A DNA stretch of 64,000 bases from an uncultured Solirubrobacterales bacterium (GCA_963790085.1 CAWBNH010000006.1:306743-370742); one strand, 5' to 3'; counted from the stretch's first letter, positions 18,046 to 30,940 are shown. Notes: generated from the letters alone by a model not told the origin. Translations and numbers: made by a program.

Positions 18046-19065
18046 TCAGGGCCGGCCCAACTGGTCCTTGAGCCTCTCGATCACGGCCACCGGGGTCGGG
18101 TCCACTCCTCCCCGCGCCGCGAGCTCCAGCGAGAGCAGGTCACCGAGCATCACCGCCCAAAGCAGGCGCTCGGTCCGGGTCTCGCCCTCGGTGTGCAGCC
18201 GGATCACGCTCTTGGCGTTCGGGGCGATCAGCTCGGCGGTCAACTCGGCCCGCTGGTGCTCCCGCGGTGGCTGATCCTCGTCCCCGAGGAAGATCGCCGA
18301 GTAGGCGGCGTCCGCTCCCGCCCAGCCGACGATCTCGTTGTGGTCCAGCTCGGGCAGGACGTGGTCGAAGCAGGGCAACTTCGCGTTCTCGTTGATCTGA
18401 CACTTCCAGCGGTAGGCGACGGGTGCGGTGAGGCCGCAGCCGTAGACCAGCGGCACCGACCCCGAGACCGCATCGGCGAGCTCCGCGGCCCTGTTCAGCA
18501 ACGAGTCGCGGGCGGCCTCGAGGTGGGCGGCGGAGCTGTCGATCTCCATCCGGATCGTGGGGCCGACACCGACCGCGGCGGCAACCTCGGCCGCGATCGC
18601 GAACGTGTACCCAACGGCGGCCCGCGGCTGCAGCCCGGCGGGCATCCCGACCACCGGGACGCCGTCGGCGCGAGCAGCCTCGGCCAGGACGCCGCCCGTC
18701 GTGGCGACGATCCGCTTCGCCCCAACCGCCTCGGCGGCCGCGTAGCAGGCGATCGTCTCCTCGGTGTTGCCCGAGTAGCTCGAGCAGAAGATCGCGCAGT
18801 CGGGCGGGGTCCATGACGGGACCCCGTAGCCGCGGACGACGTCCAGCGGCCTGCCGAGGCGGCCACCGAGGGCGGCCGCGGCGAGGTCGCCGCCGATCGC
18901 CGACCCGCCCATGCCGCAGACGACGAGGCCGACCGACTCGACCGGCTCGATCTTCGCCGACGAGAAACGCCAGAGCGCGTCGCGCAGATGCTCGGGCAGC
19001 GCCATCGTCGCGCCGTACTGGTCGCCCGAGTCGAGCTCCGCCAGACGCTGCCCCAGGTCGCTCAT
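18046..19065 (-). CDS. bifunctional phosphoglucose/phosphomannose isomerase-like SIS-domain protein
   Basis: The SIS motif 'VCGMGGSAIGGDL' is present. The gene sits between two sugar-1-P nucleotidyltransferases. An ATGA overlap links it to the upstream gene. Confidence 0.75.
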   Translation of the reverse strand: MSDLGQRLAELDSGDQYGATMALPEHLRDALWRFSSAKIEPVESVGLVVCGMGGSAIGGDLAAAALGGRLGRPLDVVRGYGVPSWTPPDCAIFCSSYSGNTEETIACYAAAEAVGAKRIVATTGGVLAEAARADGVPVVGMPAGLQPRAAVGYTFAIAAEVAAAVGVGPTIRMEIDSSAAHLEAARDSLLNRAAELADAVSGSVPLVYGCGLTAPVAYRWKCQINENAKLPCFDHVLPELDHNEIVGWAGADAAYSAIFLGDEDQPPREHQRAELTAELIAPNAKSVIRLHTEGETRTERLLWAVMLGDLLSLELAARGGVDPTPVAVIERLKDQLGRP

Positions 19066-20147
19066 GCGGTCTCACCCGGTCCCACCCTGGCGCCGGCGCC
19101 GAGTGCCGCGGAGGCGGAGATCGTCGCGCCCTCACCGATCACCGAGCCCTCGGGGACCGAGGCCCCCTCCTCAACGGCTACGCCGGCCGAGAGAATCGCC
19201 CCGACGACCGTGGCACCGGCACCGATCGTGCAGCGGCCGTGCAGAGCCGAACCCTCGATCCGCGCGCGCTCGCCGATCGTGGTGCCGGGGCCCACCACCG
19301 CGCGGGGGCCAACCGTGGCGCCGGCCGCGAGGGCGGCGCCGGACTCGACGAAGGCCGGGCCGATGATCTCGGCGCCGTCGCTGATCTCCGCCCCGGCATC
19401 GACGTAGACGCCGTCGCCGTCGACCATCTTCCCCGGCTCGGTCTCCACCCGGCGCTCGAGGATGTCCCAGCAGGCATCCAGGTACCGGGCCGGAGTCCCG
19501 ATGTCCATCCAATAGCCCTCGAGTCGCCGCGCGTAGAGGCCGGCGCCGACCAACTGCGGGAAGACCTCGCGCTCGATCGAGACGTCCTGATCGGGTGGGA
19601 CCAGGTCGAGGACCTCCTTCTCGAGCATGTAGGCACCGGCCGAGATCTCGTCGGTGTCGACCTCGTCGGGATCGGGCTTCTCGACGAACTCGATCACCTC
19701 GCCGTCCTGCCGCCGCCGGACCAGTCCATAGGCGGTCGTGTCGGCGACCGGGTAGAGCGCCAGCGTCGCCCTGGCGCCGCTGCTCTCGTGCCGCTCGCGC
19801 AGCTTGGTCAGGTCGAGGTCGGTGAGCGAGTCGCCGTTGAGCGCGAAGAAGCGGTCCTCGAGCAGGTCCTCGGCGAACTTGATCGCGCCGGCGGTTCCGC
19901 GCGGCTCCGGCTCCTCGACGTAGCGGATTCTCGGGCCGCCGGCCCCGCCCTCACCGAGGGTCTCGCGCAGCTTGTCGGGCAGGAACCCGCAGGCCATGAC
20001 GATCTCGTCGACCCCGTGCCGGGCGAGCCAATCGACCATGTAGCGCATGAATGGACGATCGACGAGCGGGATCACCGGCTTCGGCAGCGTCAACGTCACC
20101 GGACGCAGCCTGGTTCCGTGCCCTCCGACGAGGATCAGCGCCTGCAA
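19062..20147 (-). CDS. mannose-1-phosphate guanylyltransferase-like NDP-sugar pyrophosphorylase
   Basis: The TTG at 20147 is preceded by GGAGGGAG on the minus strand. 'LILVGGHGTRLRPVTLTLPKPV' and C-terminal hexapeptide repeats are present. The longer ORF to 20666 overlaps ugd and is shadow. Confidence 0.85.
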   Translation of the reverse strand: MQALILVGGHGTRLRPVTLTLPKPVIPLVDRPFMRYMVDWLARHGVDEIVMACGFLPDKLRETLGEGGAGGPRIRYVEEPEPRGTAGAIKFAEDLLEDRFFALNGDSLTDLDLTKLRERHESSGARATLALYPVADTTAYGLVRRRQDGEVIEFVEKPDPDEVDTDEISAGAYMLEKEVLDLVPPDQDVSIEREVFPQLVGAGLYARRLEGYWMDIGTPARYLDACWDILERRVETEPGKMVDGDGVYVDAGAEISDGAEIIGPAFVESGAALAAGATVGPRAVVGPGTTIGERARIEGSALHGRCTIGAGATVVGAILSAGVAVEEGASVPEGSVIGEGATISASAALGAGARVGPGETA

Positions 20148-20187
20148 GCTCCCTCCTCGGCTCGGCTCTCGGGAGACGCTCTCCGCA

Positions 20188-21540
20188 TCAGGCTGTCTCA
20201 TCCGCGAGGGAGCCGGGCTGGCGGCTGAGCGGGCGGGCCGTGCCGCGGCCGATCCCCTCGTAGATGATGCCCGCCTCGCGCATCGCCTCGGGATCGAGGA
20301 AGTTGCGGCCGTCGACCACCACCGGGCTCGCCATCTCCGCCGCCATCGCTCGCCAGTCGAGCGCCGCGAACTCCGGCCACTCGGTGACGAGGACCGCGGC
20401 GTCGGCGCCGCGCAGCGCCTCCTCCGCCGAGCCGGCCATCTCGACCGAGGGCAGCAGGCCGGACCCGTTCTCGCGCGCGACCGGGTCGAAGGCGACGACC
20501 TCGGCGCCCTCACCCTGAAGGCGCGCCGCGAGCACCAGGCTCGAGGCCTCCCGCATGTCGTCGGTGTGGGGCTTGAAGGCGAGGCCGAGGAGGACCACCC
20601 GCTTACCGGCCAGCGGGCCGAGATGCCGGGCGAGCTTGCCGAGCACGCGCCGCTTCTGCAGCTCATTGACCTCGATCACCGAGTTGAGCAGCTGGAAGTG
20701 GTACCCCGAGTTGCCGGCGAGCTGCTTGAGCGCGGTCACGTCCTTCGGGAAGCAGGAGCCCCCGTAGCCGATCCCGGCGTTGAGGAACTGCGGCCCGATT
20801 CGCTCGTCGAGGCCCATGCCGCGCGCCACCTCGGTCACGTCGGCACCGACCTCCTCACAGACGTTGGCGATCTCGTTGATGAAGCTGATCTTCGTGGCGA
20901 GGAAGGCGTTCGAGGCGAGCTTGATCATCTCGGCGCTCGCGACGTCGGTGCGCACGAGCTCGCCGCCGAGTGGCCGATAGGCATCGGCGACCGCGTCCGC
21001 GGCCCATTCGTCACCGCGGTCGGCCCCGATCACCACCCGGTCCGGATGCAGGAAGTCGGCGACCGCCGAGCCCTCCTTGAGGAACTCCGGACAGGAGACG
21101 TAGGTGAGCGAGGGCAGGTCGCGGCGAATCGACTCGCCGGTCCCGGCCGGCACCGTGCTCTTCATCACCAGCGCATGCTCGGAATCGCCGGAGAGCTGCC
21201 CGACCACCGCCTGCACTCGGGAGAGGTCGGCATCGCCCGAGTAGGTAGGCGGCGTGTCGACGCAGCAGAACAGCAGCCGGACGTGATCGAGCAGATCGCC
21301 CATCGACGTCGTGAAGTTGAGCCGCTCGGCGTTGCCGCGCACGAGCTCGGGCAGGCCGGGCTCGTGAATGCCGACCTCGCCCGCCGACAGTGAGCCGATC
21401 TTGTCGGCATCGACGTCCATCGCCCAGACCTCGTGGCCCTGCTCCGCGAAGCAGGCCGCGGTGACCAGGCCGACCCAGCCGACGCCGACGACGCCGATCG
21501 GCTCCGGCGCGCCGCTGTGGTTTTCGCTGCTCTCGCTCAT
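20188..21540 (-). CDS. ugd: UDP-glucose 6-dehydrogenase
   Basis: The Rossmann motif is 'VGVGWVGLVTAACFA'. The catalytic motif is 'GGSCFPKD'. Confidence 0.9.
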   Translation of the reverse strand: MSESSENHSGAPEPIGVVGVGWVGLVTAACFAEQGHEVWAMDVDADKIGSLSAGEVGIHEPGLPELVRGNAERLNFTTSMGDLLDHVRLLFCCVDTPPTYSGDADLSRVQAVVGQLSGDSEHALVMKSTVPAGTGESIRRDLPSLTYVSCPEFLKEGSAVADFLHPDRVVIGADRGDEWAADAVADAYRPLGGELVRTDVASAEMIKLASNAFLATKISFINEIANVCEEVGADVTEVARGMGLDERIGPQFLNAGIGYGGSCFPKDVTALKQLAGNSGYHFQLLNSVIEVNELQKRRVLGKLARHLGPLAGKRVVLLGLAFKPHTDDMREASSLVLAARLQGEGAEVVAFDPVARENGSGLLPSVEMAGSAEEALRGADAAVLVTEWPEFAALDWRAMAAEMASPVVVDGRNFLDPEAMREAGIIYEGIGRGTARPLSRQPGSLADETA

Positions 21541-21597
21541 CGGGCGGGAATGGTCGCAGGCCCGGCGCTCACGCGCGCCGAGCGCAGCGCGCGAGCG

Positions 21598-23682
21598 CTA
21601 CGCCTCGCGCATCGAGGCCGCCATCGCCAGCATCTCGGCCTCGCCGATGCTCTGGACCAGCGTGTTGTTGAGCCAGTAGGAGTTGCCCTTCTGCTTCCAG
21701 CCGACCAGCCGCAGGCGTCCGCCGTCGTAGAAGAGGAGATACTCGCGACCGTCGATCTTCCGCACCTCGGAGGCGTTGCGAAGGATCGGTGGGTCCTCCC
21801 AGGTGGTGCCCATCACGCCGTAGTACTCGGTCAGCGTCGCGGGCGTGGTCAGCGCGATCACCGTCTTGTAGGCCGACTCCTTCTTGTTGTCGTCGTTCTC
21901 GTACTCGTAGGTGCGCGAATCGGTGCTGAAGGTCGACCCGGGGACTACCGCTGTCGGGTAGAAGACGGGGATCCCGAGTCGGCGGGCGTTCTTTTCGGCA
22001 TCGGCCTCGAAGCGGTCGGCCAGCGTCGGGAACTTTTCGTCGGCGAGCGAATCGGTGGCGATCACGTCGGCGCCGTCGCCGTCGTCCTTCTTGCCCTTCT
22101 TCTTGCCCTTGCCCTTCTTCTTGTTCGACTTCTCGCCCCCGCGCTGGCCGGACGAGCCGACGCCGTTGAGGAACTCGTCGATCGCCTTCTCGACCTGTTC
22201 GTCGGTCGAGGTGACGAACGGGTCCTCGGGGCCGCCGATATCGCCCTCGAAATGGACCTCGTTGACCGGCACGTCCCTGACCGCGGCGAACGACTTCAGG
22301 ATCCCGATCACGTCGCTGCCGCTGTCGATATCGGAGCGGGTGTACTCGGTGAAGATGTCGATCAGCTCGGTGCCGATCCCGATTCCCGCCACCGCACCGA
22401 GCAGCTCGCGCGGCTCGACCTTCTGGCGGGCCTCGCGCAGGAAGTCCTGCTGACGGGCTGCGCGGACCAGGTCGGTATCGAAATGCCGGTAACGGACGTA
22501 CTGCAGGGCCTTGAGCCCACAGAGGCGCTGGTAGCCGGCGTTGATGTCGATCTCGGCGTAGTCGTTGGCGACCGTTCCGTCGTTGACGTTGAAGTACTCG
22601 CGGTCGACGTCGATGTAGACGCAGTCGATCGCGTTCACCGCGTCGGCGAAGCCGTCGAAGTTGATCTCGACGACGTGGTTGATGTCCAGGTCGGTGAACC
22701 GCTTGACGGTCTCCAGCGTCTTCTTCTCGCCGCCGACGGCATAGGCCTCGTTCAGCTTCGCGGGGCCAAGGCCGGGTACGTCGACCTTGAGATCGCGCGG
22801 CAGCGAGAACAGCGAGAGGACCTCCTTCTCGGGGTCGACGCGCAGCAGCATCGTCGTGTCAGAGCGGGCGCCGGCGTCGGGGTCATCGCCGGCGCGGCGG
22901 TCGGAGCCGATGATCAGGATCGTCTGCGGCTCGTCGCTCTCGACGTTGGTGAGCTGTTCGCCGATCCCCGGGATCGGCTGTAGCTGCGCGGCGATGTCCT
23001 GGACGAAGAGCAGGCCGACGACGGCGACCGAGGCCGCGATCGAGGCGACGATCAGGACCGAGCCGCTGAGGAAGCGCAGCCAGAGGTTCGAGGAGACGGA
23101 CTCGAGCTCGGCGTCGCTGACGGCCGGGGCGACGGGCGGGCGCGACGGCGGCAGCGGGCGCACGGCTGCCTGCTCGGTTACGGGAGTCCCAGGCGGGACC
23201 GCATCATCGGAACGCACCCCGGCACCGGCAGCATGGACCGCGGTGACCTCAGCGGCCTCCGGGGGGTCAGGGGCCTCCGGGGCCTCGGGGGCCTCGCCCG
23301 GATCCTCGGCAGGCTGGTCCTGGTCTGCGGCGGAGGCCTCGGCCGGTGGTCCGGCCGCGGCCGCGGCCGCATGATCAGCGGCCTCCCCCTCCGCGGCGGG
23401 CTCCCCCGCGGCCACCACCCACTCCTCGTCGGTCGGCTGGGTGGGCTCGCCGCTGGGCTCGGCGGCCTCGGCGTCGCTCGCGATCTCGGCCTCGATCCGG
23501 GCGAACTCGTCGGTCAACCCGAGGCCGGAGGCCTCGGTCTCTTCGGGCTCGAGCCCATGGTCATCCCCCTCGCCCCCGGGGCCCTGGGGCGGCTCGGCCG
23601 GGCGCGACGGCTCGGCCGGCTCAGGGGCACCTTGGTCGCGCTCGTCCTCGGAGCCCGGCCCGTCACGCTCGACGTCGCTCAC
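21598..23682 (-). CDS. LytR-CpsA-Psr (LCP) family cell-wall glycopolymer ligase with long low-complexity N-terminus and C-terminal extension
   Basis: The GTG at 23682 forms a GTGA overlap with the M20 stop and gives 694 aa. The TM segment is 'SGSVLIVASIAASVAVVGLLFV'. The LCP core is 'ILIIGSDRR...SDTTMLLRVDP...SLPRDL'. Confidence 0.8.
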   Translation of the reverse strand: MSDVERDGPGSEDERDQGAPEPAEPSRPAEPPQGPGGEGDDHGLEPEETEASGLGLTDEFARIEAEIASDAEAAEPSGEPTQPTDEEWVVAAGEPAAEGEAADHAAAAAAGPPAEASAADQDQPAEDPGEAPEAPEAPDPPEAAEVTAVHAAGAGVRSDDAVPPGTPVTEQAAVRPLPPSRPPVAPAVSDAELESVSSNLWLRFLSGSVLIVASIAASVAVVGLLFVQDIAAQLQPIPGIGEQLTNVESDEPQTILIIGSDRRAGDDPDAGARSDTTMLLRVDPEKEVLSLFSLPRDLKVDVPGLGPAKLNEAYAVGGEKKTLETVKRFTDLDINHVVEINFDGFADAVNAIDCVYIDVDREYFNVNDGTVANDYAEIDINAGYQRLCGLKALQYVRYRHFDTDLVRAARQQDFLREARQKVEPRELLGAVAGIGIGTELIDIFTEYTRSDIDSGSDVIGILKSFAAVRDVPVNEVHFEGDIGGPEDPFVTSTDEQVEKAIDEFLNGVGSSGQRGGEKSNKKKGKGKKKGKKDDGDGADVIATDSLADEKFPTLADRFEADAEKNARRLGIPVFYPTAVVPGSTFSTDSRTYEYENDDNKKESAYKTVIALTTPATLTEYYGVMGTTWEDPPILRNASEVRKIDGREYLLFYDGGRLRLVGWKQKGNSYWLNNTLVQSIGEAEMLAMAASMREA

Positions 23683-24773
23683 GCGCTGCCGTCGCTTTCC
23701 AGGGCCGGCCGCAGCGCGGTGGCGAAGTCGCAGAGAGCGCGGCGGTAGGCCCCGAGCGAGGCCAGCGACACCCACTCGTCCGGCCCGTGGTGGCCGGCAC
23801 CGCTGGGGCCGAACTCGACCGCCGGAACACCCGCGCGGATGAACGAGATCGCGTCCGAGGCACCGTCGCGACCGACTCCGGTCACGTCCCCGTCGTGATG
23901 GGCGCTGGTCGCGGCGCAGAGGGCACGGACGAACGCGGAATCGGGATCGACCTCGACCGGCGGCCGCGTGAACGTCGAGATCACCCGCGAATCCGGCAGC
24001 CCCTCGATCTGGGCGAGGATCTGCTCCTCTTCCTGCTCGGGTAGGTAACGGATATCCACGTCGATCACGCAGGTGTCGGGCACCTTGTTCAGGGCGTCGC
24101 CGCCCAGGATGCGACCGAGGTTGATCGAGGGGCGATCGAACAGCTCGGACGACTCCCGGCTGAACGGTAGCGACTCGATGTTGCGGAACACCGCGAACGA
24201 CTTGAGGATCGCGTTGTCGCCCTCCCAAGGGGTCGAGCCGTGCGCGGCCCGGCCGCTGACCTCCAGGCGCACCGCCAAGACCCCCTTGGCGGCCACCCCG
24301 ACGTGCATGTCGGTGGGCTCGCCGGTGATCGCGAAGCTCGCCCGCAGCCCCTCGTCGACCAGCAGATCGGTGCCGCGGTAGTCCTCGTCCTCGCTTTCCT
24401 CGTCGGGGACGATCGCGAGCAGCACCCGGACATCGCGCTGATCCTTGAGGTCGTTGAGGGCGAGCATCATCGCGGCGGCCGCGCCCTTCATGTCGTAGGC
24501 GCCGCGGCCGATCAAACGGTCGCCCTCGACCCGCGGCTCGAACTGCCCCTCGCGCCCCGGCACCACGTCGATATGCCCGTGAAGCACGATCGCCGGGGCC
24601 CCCTGCGGGCCGACGGCGGCCGTGAGGATCGGCAGCCCACGGATCTCGAGCTGGGTGGTCGGGATCTCTCGCGCCTCGAGCCAGCCCTTGACGAACCCCG
24701 CGCAGAGGCGGATCCCGTCACCCCGGGAGGTGTCGTAACCGATCAGCTTCTCGGCGAGTTGCCGCTCTTCCAT
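23679..24773 (-). CDS. M20-family metallopeptidase (ArgE/DapE/ACY1-like)
   Basis: ATG at 24773. The motifs 'LHGHIDVVP' and 'GRGAYDMKGAAAAMM' are present. Confidence 0.8.
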   Translation of the reverse strand: MEERQLAEKLIGYDTSRGDGIRLCAGFVKGWLEAREIPTTQLEIRGLPILTAAVGPQGAPAIVLHGHIDVVPGREGQFEPRVEGDRLIGRGAYDMKGAAAAMMLALNDLKDQRDVRVLLAIVPDEESEDEDYRGTDLLVDEGLRASFAITGEPTDMHVGVAAKGVLAVRLEVSGRAAHGSTPWEGDNAILKSFAVFRNIESLPFSRESSELFDRPSINLGRILGGDALNKVPDTCVIDVDIRYLPEQEEEQILAQIEGLPDSRVISTFTRPPVEVDPDSAFVRALCAATSAHHDGDVTGVGRDGASDAISFIRAGVPAVEFGPSGAGHHGPDEWVSLASLGAYRRALCDFATALRPALESDGSA

Positions 24774-24828
24774 TCGGGGAAGGGTAGTGATGAGCCGGGA
24801 GCGGCCTGCGGGCTCGAGCACGCAGCCG

Positions 24829-24846
24829 GCGCCGGCCCTTCGGCGC
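24829..24846 (-). terminator. GC-rich hairpin (gcgccg-6 nt loop-cggcgc) downstream of atpC
   Basis: Read from the sequence, 22 nt past the atpC stop on the minus strand. There is no clear U-tract. Confidence 0.3.
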
Positions 24847-24867
24847 GGGTCGCGTCGCGCTCAGCGC

Positions 24868-25296
24868 TCAGCGCTCAGCGACCGACAGAAACGCCTCCGC
24901 GCGCTCCAGGTCCTGCTCGGCGACCTCGTAGGCGGCGGACTCCTCCTCGGCCTCCTCGAGGCGCCGGCGGGCATCGGCGATCCGCTCCTTGAGCTCGGCG
25001 CTGTCCAGGGTCTCGGGATCCCGGGCCTCCTCGACCAGCACCACCACCCGGTTGGCGAAGACCTCGAGCCAGCCCTCGGCCGCGGCGAACTGCCTGCCCC
25101 GCTTGGCGTTGAACTCCTCGGCGCTCTCGTAGAGGCGCAGCTCGTGCGGAACCAGGCGCGCGAGCATCGGCGCGTGGCGGGCACGGATGCCGAGCTCGCC
25201 GATCACGGTCCGTGTCGACACCTGGAAGAGGTCCCCGTCGAAGACCGGGCCCTCCGGGGTTAGGACCTCGACGCGGATCTGCCTTGAGTCGGCCAT
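24868..25296 (-). CDS. atpC: F1 ATP synthase epsilon subunit
   Basis: 'IRVEVLTPEGPVFDGDLFQVSTRTVIGELGIRARHAPMLARL' is present. It is the last gene of the atp operon. Confidence 0.9.
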   Translation of the reverse strand: MADSRQIRVEVLTPEGPVFDGDLFQVSTRTVIGELGIRARHAPMLARLVPHELRLYESAEEFNAKRGRQFAAAEGWLEVFANRVVVLVEEARDPETLDSAELKERIADARRRLEEAEEESAAYEVAEQDLERAEAFLSVAER

Positions 25297-25323
25297 CAGC
25301 TCGATGGGGCGGTCAGGACCGCG

Positions 25324-26856
<1,533 letters not shown>

Positions 26857-27780
26857 CTACGAGCCCAGCGCCTCGGCGCCGCCGACCACCTCGAGGATCT
26901 CCTGGGTGATCTCGGCCTGGCGGACCCGGTTCATCTCCAGTGTCAAGCGCTCGATCATCTCGCCGGCGTTCTCCGCGGCGCTCCGCATCGCCGTCATCCG
27001 CGCTCCGTGCTCGGAGGCGGCCGACTCGAGCAGCGCCCGGTAGACGGAGAGGTCGACGTACTCGCCGAAAAGCAGCGACAGCGCCTGCTCCGGCTCCGGC
27101 TCGTAGAGCCAGTCGGCGCGGTTGTGGGCGTCGGCGAGCCCGAGGTCCTCGACGGCCTCGGGCTCGGGCAGGCCCTCGCCGAAGACCTCGGCCTCCTGCA
27201 GCGGCAGCAGCGTGTGGCGTCGCACATACTGGGTCAGCGGCGAGACGTACCGGTTGTAGATCAGGTCGACCCGATCGACGTCGCGGTCGATGTAGCCGGC
27301 GCTGAGCACATCGCCGATCGAGCGCGCGTCGGCAAAGCTGGGCCGGTCGGTGAAGCCGATGAACGACTCGCTCACCCGCTCGCCCCGGAAGCTCAGGGTC
27401 GAGTTGCCGCGCCGGCCGACGACGTAGAAGGAGGCCTCCGTGCCCTCAGCTGCCAGCTCGTGCTTCAGGATCAGCCCGGCGCGAATGATCTGCGTGTTGA
27501 ACGAGCCGGCCAGGCCGCGGTCGCCGGTGACGAGCAGGATGCCGACCCGCCCGGTCTCCTCGCGCTGCTGCAGCAGCGGCACGCGCTCGGCCTTCGGCCC
27601 GGCCGCCTCGGCGACCTGACGGGTCACCTTGCGAATCGACTGCGCGTAAGGGCGCAACGCCTCGATCCGCTGCTCCGCTCGGCGCAGGCGGGCGGCGGCC
27701 ACCATCTCCATCGCCCGCGTGATCTTGCGGATGTTCTTGACGGAGTTGATCCGCGTCTTGACTTCCTTCTGGGTGGCCAT
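26857..27780 (-). CDS. atpG: F1 ATP synthase gamma subunit
   Basis: The N-terminus is 'KEVKTRINSVKNIRKITRAMEMVAAARLRRAE' and the C-terminus is 'NRVRQAEITQEILEVV'. Confidence 0.95.
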   Translation of the reverse strand: MATQKEVKTRINSVKNIRKITRAMEMVAAARLRRAEQRIEALRPYAQSIRKVTRQVAEAAGPKAERVPLLQQREETGRVGILLVTGDRGLAGSFNTQIIRAGLILKHELAAEGTEASFYVVGRRGNSTLSFRGERVSESFIGFTDRPSFADARSIGDVLSAGYIDRDVDRVDLIYNRYVSPLTQYVRRHTLLPLQEAEVFGEGLPEPEAVEDLGLADAHNRADWLYEPEPEQALSLLFGEYVDLSVYRALLESAASEHGARMTAMRSAAENAGEMIERLTLEMNRVRQAEITQEILEVVGGAEALGS

Positions 27781-27813
27781 GGCGTCTGCCCTCTACCGCC
27801 GAAACGGTCGCTC

Positions 27814-29436
<1,623 letters not shown>

Positions 29437-29506
29437 CTGGCTAGTCGTCTCCTTGGTCTCTTTCGAAGTTTTCAGCGAGGCGCGCTGCGGCCGGGCCCGG
29501 TCGGGC

Positions 29507-30040
29507 CTAGGCAGCCTGCGCGACCTCCTTGCGCAGCTTCTCGAGGCGGTTGTGAATGCTCGCGTCGAGAACCATGTTCCCCACCTGCAGCACGAGTCCG
29601 CCGATGATCCCTTGGTCCACGACCGTGTTCAGCTCGATCGTCTGCCCCGTCTGCCGCTCGATCGCGCTTCCGACCTCCTCGGCGACGCTCGGGTCGAGCT
29701 CGACGGCGCTGGTCACGGTCACCGTCAGCCGCTTGTTCGCCTTCGCCCAGAGCTCGTCGAAGCGACCGCGGATCCTGAACAGGACGGGCATCCGGTGCTT
29801 CTCGGCGAGCAACTCGAGGAAGTTGACCAGCTCCGGGTTGGCTCCGGTGATCGCCCGGGAGATCCCTTCCCGCTTCTCCTCCGAGGAGAAGTAGGGGCTG
29901 AAGAAGAAGACCTGCAGATCGCGGTTGGTCGACAGGGCATCGGTGACCTCGCCGAGCTGCTCGTGCACCTCCTCGAGGTCCCCCCGCTCGCTCGAGACGT
30001 CGAACAACGCCTCCGCGTAGACCCGGGCGATCTCCTCCAT
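29507..30040 (-). CDS. atpH: F1 ATP synthase delta (OSCP) subunit
   Basis: Assigned from its operon position and 'YAEALFDV...VTSAVELD...[16 protein letters not shown]'. Confidence 0.9.
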   Translation of the reverse strand: MEEIARVYAEALFDVSSERGDLEEVHEQLGEVTDALSTNRDLQVFFFSPYFSSEEKREGISRAITGANPELVNFLELLAEKHRMPVLFRIRGRFDELWAKANKRLTVTVTSAVELDPSVAEEVGSAIERQTGQTIELNTVVDQGIIGGLVLQVGNMVLDASIHNRLEKLRKEVAQAA

Positions 30041-30043
30041 CGG

Positions 30044-30640
30044 CTATTCGCCCCCGCTCCCGGAGTCGCCCGCCAGGGCGGAGAAGTCGACCTCTCGCAG
30101 CGCGTCCTCGACCAGCCGCTGCTGATCCTCGGCGGTGAGCGCCTTGCGCGTCACGCGCTCGGTGGCGAGCACGGTCAGGTCCGCGATCTCCTTGCGGATC
30201 CTCTCGAGCGAGCGCCTCGTCTCGGCCTCGATGTCCTTGCGCGCGGCCGCGATCAACTCCTCGCGCTTGACGCGGCCCTCCTCGGTCGCCTCCGCCTTCG
30301 CGTTGTCGCCGGCCCGCTTCGCGCGGACGACGATCTCGTCGGCCTGCTCGCGTGCCTCCTTGAGCCGCTCCCGGTACTCGGCGAGCAACTCGTCGGCCTC
30401 GCGACGCTGACGCTCGGCGGCCGTGATGTTCTCGTTGATCGCGTCGGCGCGCTTCTGCAGCGCATCGCGAATCCGCGGGAAGGCGGCCTTCGAGAGCACG
30501 ACCAGCGTGAACAGGAAGGCGATCACCGTCCAGATCATCAGGCCGAGCCCGGGCTCGACCAGAAAGGCCCCGCCGCCCTCGTCCTCGGCGGTCTCGGCGC
30601 CGAGCAACAGGACGCCGGCTATGTCGCTGACGAACTCCAC
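30044..30640 (-). CDS. atpF: Fo ATP synthase b subunit
   Basis: A single N-terminal TM segment ('LMIWTVIAFLFTLVVL') is followed by a long charged helix. It lies between atpE and atpH. Confidence 0.85.
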   Translation of the reverse strand: MEFVSDIAGVLLLGAETAEDEGGGAFLVEPGLGLMIWTVIAFLFTLVVLSKAAFPRIRDALQKRADAINENITAAERQRREADELLAEYRERLKEAREQADEIVVRAKRAGDNAKAEATEEGRVKREELIAAARKDIEAETRRSLERIRKEIADLTVLATERVTRKALTAEDQQRLVEDALREVDFSALAGDSGSGGE

Positions 30641-30646
30641 GCCGGC

Positions 30647-30922
30647 CTAGAGGAAGAAGGCGATCAGGCCGAAGATGAAGGTGTAGAAGGCGACCGCCTC
30701 GGTCAGCGCGAAGCCGAGCCAGCGGATGCTCTGCAGCTCTCCCGCCATCTCCGGCTGGCGCGCCACCGACTCGATCTCCTTGCCGAAGATGAAGCCGATG
30801 CCGATGCCGGCGCCGATCGAACCGAGCCCGGCGCCGACGCCGAGTGCGATCGCCTTGCCGGCGTCGGTGATGCCGTCGGCCAGCACCTGTTCGGACGCCT
30901 GGGCCAGGGGTAGAAAGTCCAT
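30647..30922 (-). CDS. atpE: Fo ATP synthase c subunit
   Basis: Glycine-rich TM1 is 'GVGAGLGSIGAGIGIGFIFG'. The loop is 'ARQPE'. The TM2 carboxylate is in 'FALTEAVAFY'. Confidence 0.9.
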   Translation of the reverse strand: MDFLPLAQASEQVLADGITDAGKAIALGVGAGLGSIGAGIGIGFIFGKEIESVARQPEMAGELQSIRWLGFALTEAVAFYTFIFGLIAFFL

Positions 30923-30940
30923 TGGTCGTTGTCTCCTTTT

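Noticed and set aside
20148-20201. An alternative ATG start at 20201 for the ManC-like gene.
   Set aside because: It would overlap the ugd 3' end by 14 nt and add an 18-aa leader before the 'LILVGGHGTRL' N-terminus. The TTG at 20147 has a GGAGGGAG Shine-Dalgarno at proper spacing. It is not excluded, only less likely.
24857-24877. Three tandem copies of gcgctca at the atpC stop, which place TGA in all three minus-strand frames.
   Set aside because: The repeat is only 21 nt and is built from the self-complementary AGCGCT core. This is most simply chance or slippage. I see no evidence of function beyond being the atpC stop region.
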